Of a stretch of DNA of 64,000 nucleotides, positions 1 to 9,574 are shown piece by piece. The DNA comes from Nitrospirota bacterium (GTDB lineage: Bacteria; Nitrospirota; Nitrospiria; Nitrospirales; NS-4): NCBI GenBank assembly GCA_963788195.1, contig CAWBGA010000002.1:192001-256000 (forward strand), given 5' to 3'. The notes beneath the pieces were generated by a model. The model made no database searches. It saw only the letters and a program-made list of their open reading frames with translations, and was not told the origin of the DNA. A program made the position numbers and the translations under genes. The number at the start of each line of letters is the position of its first letter. The first letter of the stretch is position 1.

Positions 1-417
1 AGGCCGCCCAGCGGTTCGGCACTCAGTGTATCGTCGTCGCGATCGACGCGAAACGTGTCGGGGATGGTTGGCGGGTCTTCACGCACGGGGGACGCAACGC
101 AACCGGCATTGATGCCGTCGACTGGGCACGAACCATGGAATCCTACGGAGCCGGCGAGATCCTGCTGACCAGTATGGATTGCGATGGGTCGAAGGCTGGC
201 TATGATCTCGCACTCACGCGGGCCGTGTCTGAGGCGGTCAGCGCTGCCTGTCATCGCGTCAGGCGGAGCAGGCAATCTGCAACATCTGTACGAAGGGTTC
301 ACTGAGGGAAAGGCCGATGCGGTTCTCGCGGCCTCCATTTTCCATTATCGAGAATATACTATCACCCAGGCCAAGGAATACCTACGGGCGCGCGGCGTTG
401 CGATGAGGATGTGCTGA
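1..417 (+). CDS. hisF: Imidazole glycerol phosphate synthase cyclase subunit, 3' part, one frameshift near 243
   Basis: Frame 3 reads [14 protein letters not shown]...[14 protein letters not shown]; it continues in ORF 184..417 as [14 protein letters not shown]...[11 protein letters not shown]. Confidence 0.93.
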
Positions 418-1105
418 TGGAAAAGGCGGCGATCAGCGCATTGAAGTTTGATGATCAGGGATTGATTCCGGCGGTTCTTCAAGACTGGCGCGACGGCACC
501 GTGCTGATGGTCGCCTATATGAACCGCGAGGCCGTGGAAAAGACAATTGAGACCAGAATCGCGCATTTTTGGAGCCGATCGCGACAATCCCTGTGGGAGA
601 AAGGGTGCAGTGTCGGGAAATCGGCAGCGCGTCCGGGAGATCTTCGTTGACTGCGATCAGGATACCTTACTCCTCACTGTCACGCCCGACGGGCCCGCTT
701 GTCACACCGGTGAAGCGAGCTGTTTCTTTCACCGCCTATCTGATCTGATGGAAGGTTGTGACGGAGCAGAAAACACACCCGAGGCGCGAGGCGGCAGTGA
801 TGCAGCGGGTCTATGAGACGATACTGGAGCGCAAGCGACAGGTCACTTCGGATTCATACGTAGCCTCGCTCTTCGCAGGGGGTCAGGACAGGATTCTCAA
901 GAAGGTCACTGAGGAGGCAGGGGAGATGCTTCTGGCCTCCAAAGGAGGGAAGCGGGAAGAAGTCGTTCACGAGGCGGCCGATCTTCTGTTTCATATGCTG
1001 GTGACCCTGGGTTTCCACGACATTTCGCCTCGTGAGGTGCATCATGAACTGGCGCGTAGGTTCGGACAAAGCGGCCTCAATGAGAAGGCATCCCGCCAGG
1101 GGTAA
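411..1105 (+). CDS. hisIE: Bifunctional phosphoribosyl-AMP cyclohydrolase / phosphoribosyl-ATP pyrophosphatase, split by two frameshifts
   Basis: GLIPAVLQD...[21 protein letters not shown]...[12 protein letters not shown] (HisI); SYVASLF...[11 protein letters not shown]...EAADLLFH (HisE). Confidence 0.9.
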
Positions 1106-1292
1106 AGGAATCTGTCTTGGCAGATTCCAGGGTGGGCGGGTGCAATGGGGGTAAAGGAGTCTGTCTCGGCAGACTCCAGGGTGGGCGGGTGCAATGGGGG
1201 TAAAGGAATCTGTCCCCACGGGACAAAAGCCTGTCTTGGCAGGCTTGGGGTGGGTGGGTGAAATGAGATTCCAGGGCTGAGCGTGGGTCATG
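1099..1292 (+). repeat. Tandem/nested array of the G-rich hairpin repeat (49-bp unit GGGGTAAAGGARTCTGTCTYGGCAGAYTCCAGGGTGGGCGGGTGCAATG)
   Basis: Two near-identical 49-bp units (1099-1147, 1148-1196) and a third with a nested sub-unit; related copies elsewhere in the window. Confidence 0.9.
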
Positions 1293-1323
1293 AGGGCACG
1301 AAGGGACATATAGGAGTTTCCGT

Positions 1324-1671
1324 ATGGCTGCAACCAGTGATTGTTTATTTTGCCGAATTGCATCCGGCGAGATTCCGTCGAAATTCGTGTGGCAGGACGA
1401 GGAGATCTTCGCTTTTGAAGACGTAAGGCCGCAAGCCCCTGTTCATGTGCTCGTAGTTCCCAAGCGGCATATAGCGGCGGTGAAGGACGTGAAGGATCAG
1501 GCTTTGCTGGGACGACTCCTCAATGCCTCCACGCTCGTGGCGCAAAACAAAGGCATCGCGGAATCCGGTTACCGCCTTGTTGCAAATACGGGGAGGGACG
1601 GCGGGCAGACGGTCTTTCATTTGCATTTTCATGTCCTTGGCGGCCGCCAGATGATGTGGCCTCCTGGATAA
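1324..1671 (+). CDS. hinT: HIT family nucleotide-binding protein
   Basis: DCLFCRI, PQAPVHVLVVPK, GQTVFHLHFHVLGGR (HxHxH triad), WPPG end. Confidence 0.93.
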   Translation: MAATSDCLFCRIASGEIPSKFVWQDEEIFAFEDVRPQAPVHVLVVPKRHIAAVKDVKDQALLGRLLNASTLVAQNKGIAESGYRLVANTGRDGGQTVFHLHFHVLGGRQMMWPPG

Positions 1672-1696
1672 TAAGACGGGGTACCTAGGACATCGG

Positions 1697-1725
1697 TTGA
1701 CACTTGATCTACGGATTGTTACCAT
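1697..1725 (+). promoter_or_regulatory. Putative sigma70 promoter of dnaG-rpoD
   Basis: TTGACA-N17-TACCAT with TG extended -10, about 50 bp before dnaG. Confidence 0.55.
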
Positions 1726-1778
1726 AATGGGTTATCTCGCTGGGAAACAAGAAATTTTCTGGCGCCTGCGGGGCACTC

Positions 1779-3632
1779 GTGGATAAAGGGTTGATCCCGG
1801 AAGATGTCATCCAGCGGATACGGGAGCGCGCCGACATCGTTGAAGTCGTCGGCTCTCACCTCTCCCTCAGCAAGGCCGGTCAGAACTACAAGGGACTCTG
1901 CCCGTTTCATTCGGAGAAAACCCCGTCCTTCACGGTCAGCCCCTCTCGGCAGATGTTCCACTGCTTCGGCTGCGGAGAAGGCGGGAATGTCTTTGGTTTC
2001 CTGATGAAGATCGACGGCGCCACTTTCCCGGCAGCCGTGCGGACACTGGGTGAGAGATACGGCATCGAGGTGGATCCCCAGCCTGCCTCCCCGGCGGCCC
2101 GGCAGCGGACCGAAAGCCGGGAGCGCCTGTTGATCCTGAACCGGCAGGCGGCGGAGTTTTTTCATCGTGCTTTAGTCTCTGATCCGAACGGGCAGGCGGC
2201 AAGGTTGTATTTGGAGAAGCGCGGGATGACCCCCTCGACAATTGAGCAATTTGGTCTTGGCTATGCGCCCGCGGGGTGGGATCTGACGCTGTCGGCGCTG
2301 ACCAAGGCTGGAAGCAAGATCGAAGATCTTGCCTTGGCTGGGTTGGTCGTCCCTCGGGAACAGAATAGCCGTGCAGGCCAGACCGCGCCCGGCTACTATG
2401 ACCGGTTCCGGGGACGCGTGATGTTTCCAATTCGCGACCTTCAGAAACGTGTCATTGGATTTGGTGGACGGATTCTCGACGATGGCCAGCCGAAATACCT
2501 GAACTCTCCTGAGACGCCATTGTTTAGCAAGAGCCGGACTCTGTACGCGCTCGACGTCGCCCGTGAGGGCATCAGCCAGTCCGAAGAGATGGTACTGGTC
2601 GAGGGATACTTTGATGCGATTGCCCTGCATCAGGCCGGTCTCACAAATGTAGCGGCAACCCTCGGTACCGCGCTCACGTCCGAACATATCGAGTTGATCC
2701 GTCGCTTTACGCACCGCATCGTTCTCGTCTTCGACCCCGACACAGCCGGAGTGCGAGCCGCGCTGCGGAGCATGGACTTGTTTCTTGATTCGGGTCTGAC
2801 CGTCCGCGTGGTCAGTCTCCCTGCCGGAGAAGACCCCGACACCTTCGTGAGAGGACAGGGGTTGGACTCTTTTAAGGCGTTGATTCAACGCGCGCCTTCG
2901 CTCCTTGGAGTTCACGGTCGAGGTAAGCCTCAAAACCGGGCGAGGGGGAAGCGTGGAGGAGCGGGTGCGGTGTGTTGAAGACGTGCTCGCGCTCCTGCAA
3001 AAGATCAGTAATCCCGTTGAGAAGGCCGCCTCGATTCGCCATGTCGCGGACCAATTAGGCCTGGACGAGTCAGTACTGTTGAAACGGTACCGCACGATGG
3101 CCCCAGCGCGCCCATCTCAGGGTGCCAAGCCGTCGGCAGCCCCGGTAGCCACCCAGCCCAGGCTCCCTAAGGATGAGGAAGTCCTTCTCCAGTTGCTGTT
3201 GCATCAAAAATGTACGCCAGACATGCTGGCTCAACTGTCCGCCGGAAGATTTTACCGACCCCCGTGCCAGGCGATCTGATTTCGCGGGCCCATTCCGCCC
3301 TGGAACAGGGGCAAGTTGATTTCAGCATTCTTGGGCAGGAGGATGCCGATCCGGCATCGGAAGCTCTGGCCCGGTCGCTGTCCCTGAGCGAATTCCCCTA
3401 TGACGATGTGATCGAGGCATTTCAGCAGAGTTTTGCCGCCTTGAAACTCCGGCGTCTGGACAAGGAAATTCAGGAAACCAAGGCCGCCCAGGCCGCTGCC
3501 GAGCGAGCGGGAGAACCAGAGATAGACAGGACCCTTCTCATACGGTCCAACGCGCTGCAACAGGAGCGGCAGCGACTGCTGAAAGGCGAGCGATCATCAC
3601 AAACTGAAGCAGGGGGGAAGGTGCATGCCTGA
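1779..3632 (+). CDS. dnaG: DNA primase, two frameshifts (about 2905 and 3260)
   Basis: Zn finger [11 protein letters not shown]...[38 protein letters not shown] / FDPDTAG / EDPD. Confidence 0.95.
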
Positions 3633-5428
3633 AGAAGAACGCACAGTCGAAGTCAACCGCCTCATCTCCCTGGGTAAAGAGAAGGGGTTTCTTACCTACC
3701 GCGATTTGAATAACGGCTTGCCGGCCGAGATGGCCACTACCGAGCGATTGAACAGCCTGATGACAATGTTCGGCGAGATGGATATCGAGGTGATCGATGC
3801 CCCTGAGGGGGAGCGATATTCCCCGATAATGTCCGAAGGCGGCGAGAGCGCGACAGAAGAGACTGAAGAACCGGAAGAGCCGGAGGAGGAAGACAAGAAG
3901 ATCGATCTGACTCCAGGCGCGTTGAGCCGCACCGATGACCCTGTCCGGCTGTATTTAAAGGAGATGGGCAGTGTCTCGCTGCTCAGCCGCGAGGGCGAAA
4001 TCGAGATCGCCAAGCGGATTGAAGACGGCAAGAAGGACATCTCCTTGTTGGTGTTCGGGATGCCGATGACCATCAAGGCGGTGTTCGCGATCGCCGACCG
4101 GCTCAAAGCCTCGAAGATTTCGATACGCGAAGTGGTCGCCACCGCCGCCGAGGAAGAGTTTGTAGAGGTCGTCGAGCAAGACGAGGAGGAGTTGCGACAC
4201 CGCACCTTGGAGGCCATTCGCAAGGTCAAAGCGCCCTCGAATACCTTGTTGGCACTGTACGTCAAATATAGACAGGTCAGCCTGAGCCTCGTCAAACGCA
4301 AGGAACTCAAAGCGAAGCTTCAGGAGGCGCGCCGCCAAGTCGTCGACAAAATGGACATGGTGAACCTGCATCCGGTTCTTCGCGAGCGCATGGTGCAGCG
4401 TGTTCGGGAGCTTGCGCAGGAAATCGGTGCCTGTGAGCGCGAGATCGCCTATTGCCGGCGCCGTCTGGGGGTCTCAGGAGAAGAGGGTAACCACCTGTTG
4501 GCGCGGATGCTCCGTGGCCGCAAGGATCTCCTCGCGGTCCGACGGAAGACCGGCGTGGCGCTCGATACCCTTCAGGAGATCGAGAAAGCCTTCCAAAACG
4601 CCCGGCGCCGTATCAGGGCGGTCGAGGCCGAAGCGTTGGCTCCGGCCGATGAGCTTCGCGAAGGCGCCAAACTGCTGGACTCGGCGGAAGAGCGGGTCAA
4701 ACGTGGAAAAGCAGAATTGGTCGAAGCCAATCTTCGCCTGGTGGTCAGTATCGCTAAGAAGTACACGAATCGCGGCCTTCAATTCCTGGATCTTATTCAG
4801 GAAGGCAATATCGGCTTGATGAAGGCCGTAGACAAGTTTGAATACAAGCGCGGCTATAAGTTCAGCACCTATGCCACCTGGTGGATCCGCCAGGCCATCA
4901 CGCGCGCCATTGCCGACCAGGCGCGCACCATCCGCATCCCTGTTCACATGATTGAAACGATCAACAAACTCATCCGCACCTCCCGCCATCTTGTGCAGAA
5001 GCTCGGCCGCGAGCCGCTGCCGGAGGAAATTGCGGAAAAGATGGATCTGCCGCTGGACAAGGTGCAGAAAGATCTTGAAGATCGCCAAGGAGCCGATTTC
5101 GCTGGAAACTCCTATCGGTGAGGAGGAAGACAGTCATCTGGGTGACTTTATCGAAGATAAAAAAGCCGTGTCGCCCCTTGAGGCCGCCATCCGGTACGAT
5201 CTGCAGCGGCAGATTAATAACGCGCTGAAGACGCTCACGCCTCGTGAGGAGCGGGTGTTGCGTAAGCGATTCGGCATCGGCGAGAACACCGACCATACGC
5301 TTGAAGAGGTCGGGCAGGACTTCGCGGTCACCCGAGAACGCATCCGGCAGATCGAAGCGAAGGCGCTCCGGAAACTCCGTCATCCGAGCCGTAGTAAAAA
5401 ACTGAAAAGCTTCGTGGAGAGCTTATAA
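3625..5428 (+). CDS. rpoD: RNA polymerase primary sigma factor, frameshift near 5068
   Basis: [69 protein letters not shown]. Confidence 0.97.
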
Positions 5429-5445
5429 TGCCACCGGAATTCGAG

Positions 5446-5522
5446 GGGCCCATAGCTCAGTTGGTCAGAGCGGCGGACTCATAATCCGTTGGTCCCAGGT
5501 TCGAGGCCTGGTGGGCCCACCA
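5446..5522 (+). tRNA. tRNA with CAT anticodon, most likely tRNA-Ile2 (lysidine)
   Basis: Cloverleaf GGGCCCA...TGGGCCC-A-CCA; anticodon loop CTCATAA; sequence type and position after rpoD fit Ile2. Confidence 0.9.
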
Positions 5523-5614
5523 ATCTGAAGGGATTTTTGAAGGGATTGTGGTAAGATCGATACGACGATCGTAAGAAGAGGCGTTCTCGGCGTGAGTCAT
5601 TCGATGGGCGCACA

Positions 5615-6403
5615 GTGAAAGGAAATCTCCAGCAACTTATCGAGCTCCAAGAAGCCGATCTTAGGATTGAAGAATTAGCGCTCCGAAAGCGCCGCCTGCC
5701 TGAGCTGATCGAAGCAGCCCGTCAACCCCTCCAAGCCGCCCAGACCGAGCATGACGGGCTCAAAAAGACGTACGATGTGGCCGTGCATGACAGGAAGTCC
5801 CGTGAACAGGATCTGGCTGTGCAGGAGCAAGCCATCAGCAAACTGAATGATCGCGCGGCCAAGGGCGAGATCAAGACCAACAAGGAATACCAGGCTCACC
5901 GCTTTGAGGTCGAATTGGCGAAGAAAAAGAAAGGCGAGATCGAGGACGAGCTTCTCCTCCTGATGGACATGGTCGACACGAAGAAAAAGGAATTGAGCCG
6001 CGTGGAGGAAGCGCTCAAGACCTCAGAGCAGCGATTCAAAACCGAGAAGGCGGATCTTGAGGGGTCGGTCGGCGCGCTCGAGGAGGAACTGGCGGAGATC
6101 ACAAGCAGGCGCAAAGAGATCGCCGCGTCTGTGGAGCCTTCGCTCCTGCGGACGTATGACAAACTTCGCGTGACGCGGAAAGGCCGGGCGCTGGCAGGGG
6201 TGAGCAAAGAGGGCAGCTGCATGGCCTGCCGGCTGCACGTAGAACCCCAGATCGTTTCCGACGTCAAACGCGCACTCACGATTAACACCTGCTCGTACTG
6301 CCAGCGAATCCTATACTGGATTGGTGAGCCGGCTCCGGCCGCCGCTGAGCCTGCCGGGGCGTCGGCGGTGCTCGGAATTCAACAGGCCGCTGAGAAGAAT
6401 TAA
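5615..6403 (+). CDS. Coiled-coil plus C4 zinc-ribbon protein (COG1579-like)
   Basis: Long coiled coil, KTNKEYQA, C-terminal CMAC...CSYCQRILY. Confidence 0.88.
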   Translation: MKGNLQQLIELQEADLRIEELALRKRRLPELIEAARQPLQAAQTEHDGLKKTYDVAVHDRKSREQDLAVQEQAISKLNDRAAKGEIKTNKEYQAHRFEVELAKKKKGEIEDELLLLMDMVDTKKKELSRVEEALKTSEQRFKTEKADLEGSVGALEEELAEITSRRKEIAASVEPSLLRTYDKLRVTRKGRALAGVSKEGSCMACRLHVEPQIVSDVKRALTINTCSYCQRILYWIGEPAPAAAEPAGASAVLGIQQAAEKN

Positions 6404-6414
6404 ATCGTACCCCG

Positions 6415-7113
6415 TTAAGCACCTCCCAAAATCTGTTGCGTCGTCTTAAAGTGCAATTTCGCGACCTTTGCCAACCCTTCATGGCCGTACTTGCGCACGA
6501 CTGACCGTGCAGCTGTTTTGACAGCCTCGGAGGCGCCCTTCGGCAGCGGCACACCGATTTCGGTGGCAAGGCGGCCGAGCCGACGGACGAATTCGTCTCG
6601 TGCGACGATAGAAGCCGCGGCGACCGCAATATCTTCCTCGCCCCTGTGGCGTTGTTCCAGGATGATCTGCTTGCCCTTTGCTTGCAGTGCGTTCACGATC
6701 AGCCGCTCATCACCGAATTGATCTGAAATCGCCCGTTGGCAGGGAACCTGCTCAAGCAGGGTTTCAAGGGCTTTGGCATGGCCCCACGCAAGAAGCTTAT
6801 TGAGATTACGGATCTCCGTATAGAGCTGGTTATAGCGCTCCGGGCCGATCGCGACGATGGTATGCCGGCACAGGGTTTTGATATCAACCGCCAGGGTTTT
6901 GATGACACTGTCGGCGATCTTCTTACTGTCGCGGACATTGAGGGCGAGAAGATCTTCAGCGATGCGCGGGGTGACGTGGACCGCCGCGATCACCAATGGC
7001 CCGAAGTAATCGCCTTTGCCGGATTCGTCTATGCCGATCCACCCGATCGCAGCCGGCGGCTTGCCGGCGCCTGCGCTCGGTCTCTCTTCTGTCATGGGTG
7101 GGGACGGTACCAC
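6415..7113 (-). CDS. rnhC: Ribonuclease HIII, short form
   Basis: IGIDESGKGDYFGPLV, VRDSKK, SDQF, VAAASIVAR, AKLHFKT. Confidence 0.85.
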   Translation of the reverse strand: MVPSPPMTEERPSAGAGKPPAAIGWIGIDESGKGDYFGPLVIAAVHVTPRIAEDLLALNVRDSKKIADSVIKTLAVDIKTLCRHTIVAIGPERYNQLYTEIRNLNKLLAWGHAKALETLLEQVPCQRAISDQFGDERLIVNALQAKGKQIILEQRHRGEEDIAVAAASIVARDEFVRRLGRLATEIGVPLPKGASEAVKTAARSVVRKYGHEGLAKVAKLHFKTTQQILGGA

Positions 7114-7143
7114 AGAACTGGAAGAGATAAGAACTCTCTTTGA

Positions 7144-7271
7144 GCGGGTCCTGCCGCCGGTTATCCCCCCCGGCTTCGGCTGCGAAGACTGGCCTCTAGT
7201 GCATGAGGACAGGACGCTCTTGGCCGTCCGGGGTGGGCGGGTGCAAAAAGCCCCCTACCGGCGTCACCCGC
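7144..7271 (+). repeat. About 130-bp structured element; inverted copy at 12684-12823
   Basis: Shares the 21-mer GCTGCGAAGACTGGCCTCTAG, the TCTTGG hairpin, GGGGTGGGCGGGTGCAAAA and complementary ends with the second copy. Confidence 0.85.
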
Positions 7272-7305
7272 AGGAGAGGAGTAAGGATTCCGTCTGTGAT
7301 TCTGA

Positions 7306-7311
7306 TATAAT
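7306..7311 (+). promoter_or_regulatory. -10 box of rnpB promoter
   Basis: TG-A-TATAAT immediately before the RNase P RNA P1 helix. Confidence 0.6.
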
Positions 7312-7315
7312 AAGT

Positions 7316-7731
7316 GTGCGCGTGGGAGCCGGGCGGGTGGTCGCTGGTCTCGCAAGAGCCAGAGGAAAGTCCGGACTCCTAGAGCAGGGTGCTGGGTAAC
7401 GCCCAGGCGGAGCAATCCGACACCGGCGCAACAGAAAGCACACCGCCGATGGCCCGAAAGGGATCAGGCAAGGTTGAAAAGGCGGGGTAAGAGCCCACCG
7501 CGGTCGTGGCGACACGACTGGCCGGCAAGCGTCACCCGGAGCAAGGCCAAATAGGAGGGCGTGAGAAGCGGGACACCGGTGCCGCTTCTCAACGGCCGGC
7601 TCGGCCGTGGCCCTCGGGTAGGCCGCTTGAGGCCCGGAGCAATCCGGGTCCTTAGAGAAATGACCACCGCGATCTTTCCGCAAGGGAAGGTCTGCACAGA
7701 ATCCGGCTTATAGCCCGGCTCCTACGCGCAC
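7316..7731 (+). ncRNA. rnpB: RNase P RNA, bacterial class A
   Basis: GAGGAAAGTCCGGACTC, CAACAGAAA, GGTAAGAGC, GGAGCAAGGCCAAATAGG, GGGTAGG, ACAGAATCCGGCTTAT; P1 pairs GTGCGCGTGGGAGCCGGGC with GCCCGGCTCCTACGCGCAC. Confidence 0.97.
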
Positions 7732-7914
7732 TTAACCCGGATCATCCACGAATACCTACTGCGTCGGCCGATCCTCTCGGCCGGCGCGGCTCTTCTCCTT
7801 TGTTCTCCTCGACGTACCGCGGTGGGTACGCCTGCGTCATCCTCAGTCCGAGGAGTCGCGGCGGTCTTCGGTCTCGACCGCCTCGCTACGGCATTCCTGG
7901 ATAATCCGGGTTAA
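7732..7914. mobile_element. MITE-like element, about 180 bp
   Basis: TTAA-CCCGGATCATCCACGAAT ... ATTCCTGGATAATCCGGG-TTAA; 16/18 terminal inverted repeat; non-coding interior with hairpins. Confidence 0.75.
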
Positions 7915-8173
7915 GCGCGCGTACGCACTTAACACCGGACCATCCACGATCTGACGACCGCTCCTGAGATTGCCGCCGCCACTTATATAAGTCGGCTAAT
8001 ACTATAGCTAGGTGATTACACTCTTGGGTCATTTACTGCCGGCCGCTTTGAGGCTTACAAACATTCTTACTGGCGGCCTCCGGCTGAAGACGACTCCCCG
8101 GAGAATTCACCGCTACCGGACGGGCTGGCCTTCCCTCCTTGGCTGGCCGTCCGCTCATTGGACTGATTGCACA

Positions 8174-8353
8174 ATGACACATCGCAGTTGCACTATTGAA
8201 GAAACAAGCAATGGCTATGTGGTCCGGCTGTACGAGACAGAGGCAGGAAGTATGCCGAGCGGGGATGCCGAGGGGTTGTTCATAGAGCGCACCTTAGTAA
8301 ACGTACAAATGCGTATTGACAGCTACTTCTTGTTCGCGCAGTCTACGGAATGA
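8174..8353 (+). CDS. Small hypothetical protein (59 aa)
   Basis: Protein-like C-terminal half of ORF 8012..8353 (MTHRSCTIEETSNGYVVRLYE...). Confidence 0.35.
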   Translation: MTHRSCTIEETSNGYVVRLYETEAGSMPSGDAEGLFIERTLVNVQMRIDSYFLFAQSTE

Positions 8354-8668
8354 ACGGGTCGGACAATCAAACGAGTGTGAACAGATAGGCGACTACGAGG
8401 CGTGTCAGACGCTGACCAAGATGTGAAGATGTAGAACCTATATGGAAGGAGGACCCGGTGCGGAGCGTCTGGCCCTCTGGCGGGAGTCCGCCCCGTAGGC
8501 GCAGATCAGCCCGGAGGAATACACCCAGGAGCGCGTGCGCGGACTGTTCCGGGAGGCACGTGCCAAATGCGAATCAGCACGAGTGCGACGTCGCCGGCGA
8601 TGACGACTCAGTCCAGTCCGTCTTCTAATTCGCCTTATTCGCCTTCTAATGTCTGGGAGGTTAACTAA

Positions 8669-9319
8669 ATGAAACCTAACTGGTGGCGAGAAGTCTTCTT
8701 GATAACTGGATGCTTTGCATTCGGCTGTCTGATTGTTGGTATGATCGAGCTGTCCAAGAACTTTGACTTTGAAATCAAGAAAGTGACACAAGAAAAAGTC
8801 CAAGCAGTAGAAAAAGTCCCAGCAGTAGAGAAAGTCCCAGCAGAAGACAAAGTCCCAGCAGAAGACAAAGTCCCAGCAGAAGACAAAGTTCCAGCAGTAG
8901 AGAAAGTCCCAGCAGTAGAGAAAGTTCCAGCAGTAGAGAAAGTCCCAGCAGTAGAGAAAGTCCCAGCAGTAGAGAAAGTCCCAGCAGTAGAGAAAGTCCC
9001 AGCAGAAGACAAAGTCCCAGCAGAAGAAAAAGTGGCAGTAAAAGATAAAGTAATAGAGGTAGAGGTAATTTCATTGGCGGAACCACCTGAGCGTGTAACC
9101 GACGAGATCAAAATCACTGAGAAAAGTCCACCACCTCGTGCCAAGTCTAATCTTGTGATCAAACCAACTCGGAAAGACTTGCAGTTAGACTTGCATTTAT
9201 CTGACTGCCAAACTGGACAAATCCTCGTATACACTGAGGAGAAAGGTGTTCACTGCATAAGGGATATTGTGTTACCAGATTTGATTGTAGGAATTGATGA
9301 AGACGTTAACTCTAAGTAA
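8669..9319 (+). CDS. Membrane-anchored protein with hexapeptide repeat stalk
   Basis: GGAGG RBS, N-terminal hydrophobic helix, 12 x A(VE/ED)KVP, C-terminal Cys pair. Confidence 0.7.
   Translation: MKPNWWREVFLITGCFAFGCLIVGMIELSKNFDFEIKKVTQEKVQAVEKVPAVEKVPAEDKVPAEDKVPAEDKVPAVEKVPAVEKVPAVEKVPAVEKVPAVEKVPAVEKVPAEDKVPAEEKVAVKDKVIEVEVISLAEPPERVTDEIKITEKSPPPRAKSNLVIKPTRKDLQLDLHLSDCQTGQILVYTEEKGVHCIRDIVLPDLIVGIDEDVNSK
8789..9038 (+). repeat. 18-bp coding tandem repeat (VNTR)
   Basis: GCAGTAGAGAAAGTCCCA / GCAGAAGACAAAGTCCCA, 12 full units plus degenerate flanking units. Confidence 0.95.
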
Positions 9320-9349
9320 CCTAAGAGGAGGTGTTTTCTGATTCTAGGG

Positions 9350-9462
9350 CTCCTTCCATGATCATCAGCAACTCGTCCGTTGAGTGCACGTAATCTTCCC
9401 AGACCTGGCCGGGTGGACCCACTCACAAGCCGCAGCTAAAGCCGCGCGCTTTGCACTCGTTC
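9350..9462 (-). pseudogene. Degenerate partial duplicate of the cupin gene at 10227..10517
   Basis: Aligns with about 10363-10476 (e.g. GAGTGCACGTARTCTTCCCAGACCTG); in-frame TGG changed to TGA. Confidence 0.8.
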
Positions 9463-9483
9463 GGGACTGCTCATAATACGATA

Positions 9484-9555
9484 TCCCCCTCACCCTTCCC
9501 TCTCTGTTCGACCCATTGCAATTGGAGAGCAATGGGTGCCCCGGGGCGAGGGGAT
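9484..9555. repeat. REP-like CCCTCACCC...GAGGGG palindrome with nested hairpin module
   Basis: Similar composite at 55496-55570. Confidence 0.65.
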
Positions 9556-9574
9556 GCCCACCCACAGGCGTTCG

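Noticed and set aside
1099..1292. Possible CRISPR array
   Set aside because: Units are contiguous without unique spacers, related copies are dispersed, and no cas genes are in the window.
5040..5121. Programmed frameshifting in rpoD or dnaG
   Set aside because: Similar shifts occur in many unrelated genes; sequencing indels are the simpler explanation.
5446..5615. Prophage or island integrated at the tRNA
   Set aside because: No integrase or duplicated tRNA 3' end was seen; a core gene follows directly.
7161..7697. ORFs overlapping 7161-7697
   Set aside because: They are spurious frames over RNase P RNA and the adjacent repeat.
8442..8603. Protein-like stretch MEGGPG...AP*AQISPEEY...
   Set aside because: It has an internal stop and no recognisable family, so it cannot be supported as a gene.
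8665..9234. Antisense ORFs rich in STAGTF or poly-Leu
   Set aside because: Shadows of the 18-bp repeat; the plus-strand ORF has the RBS and TM helix.
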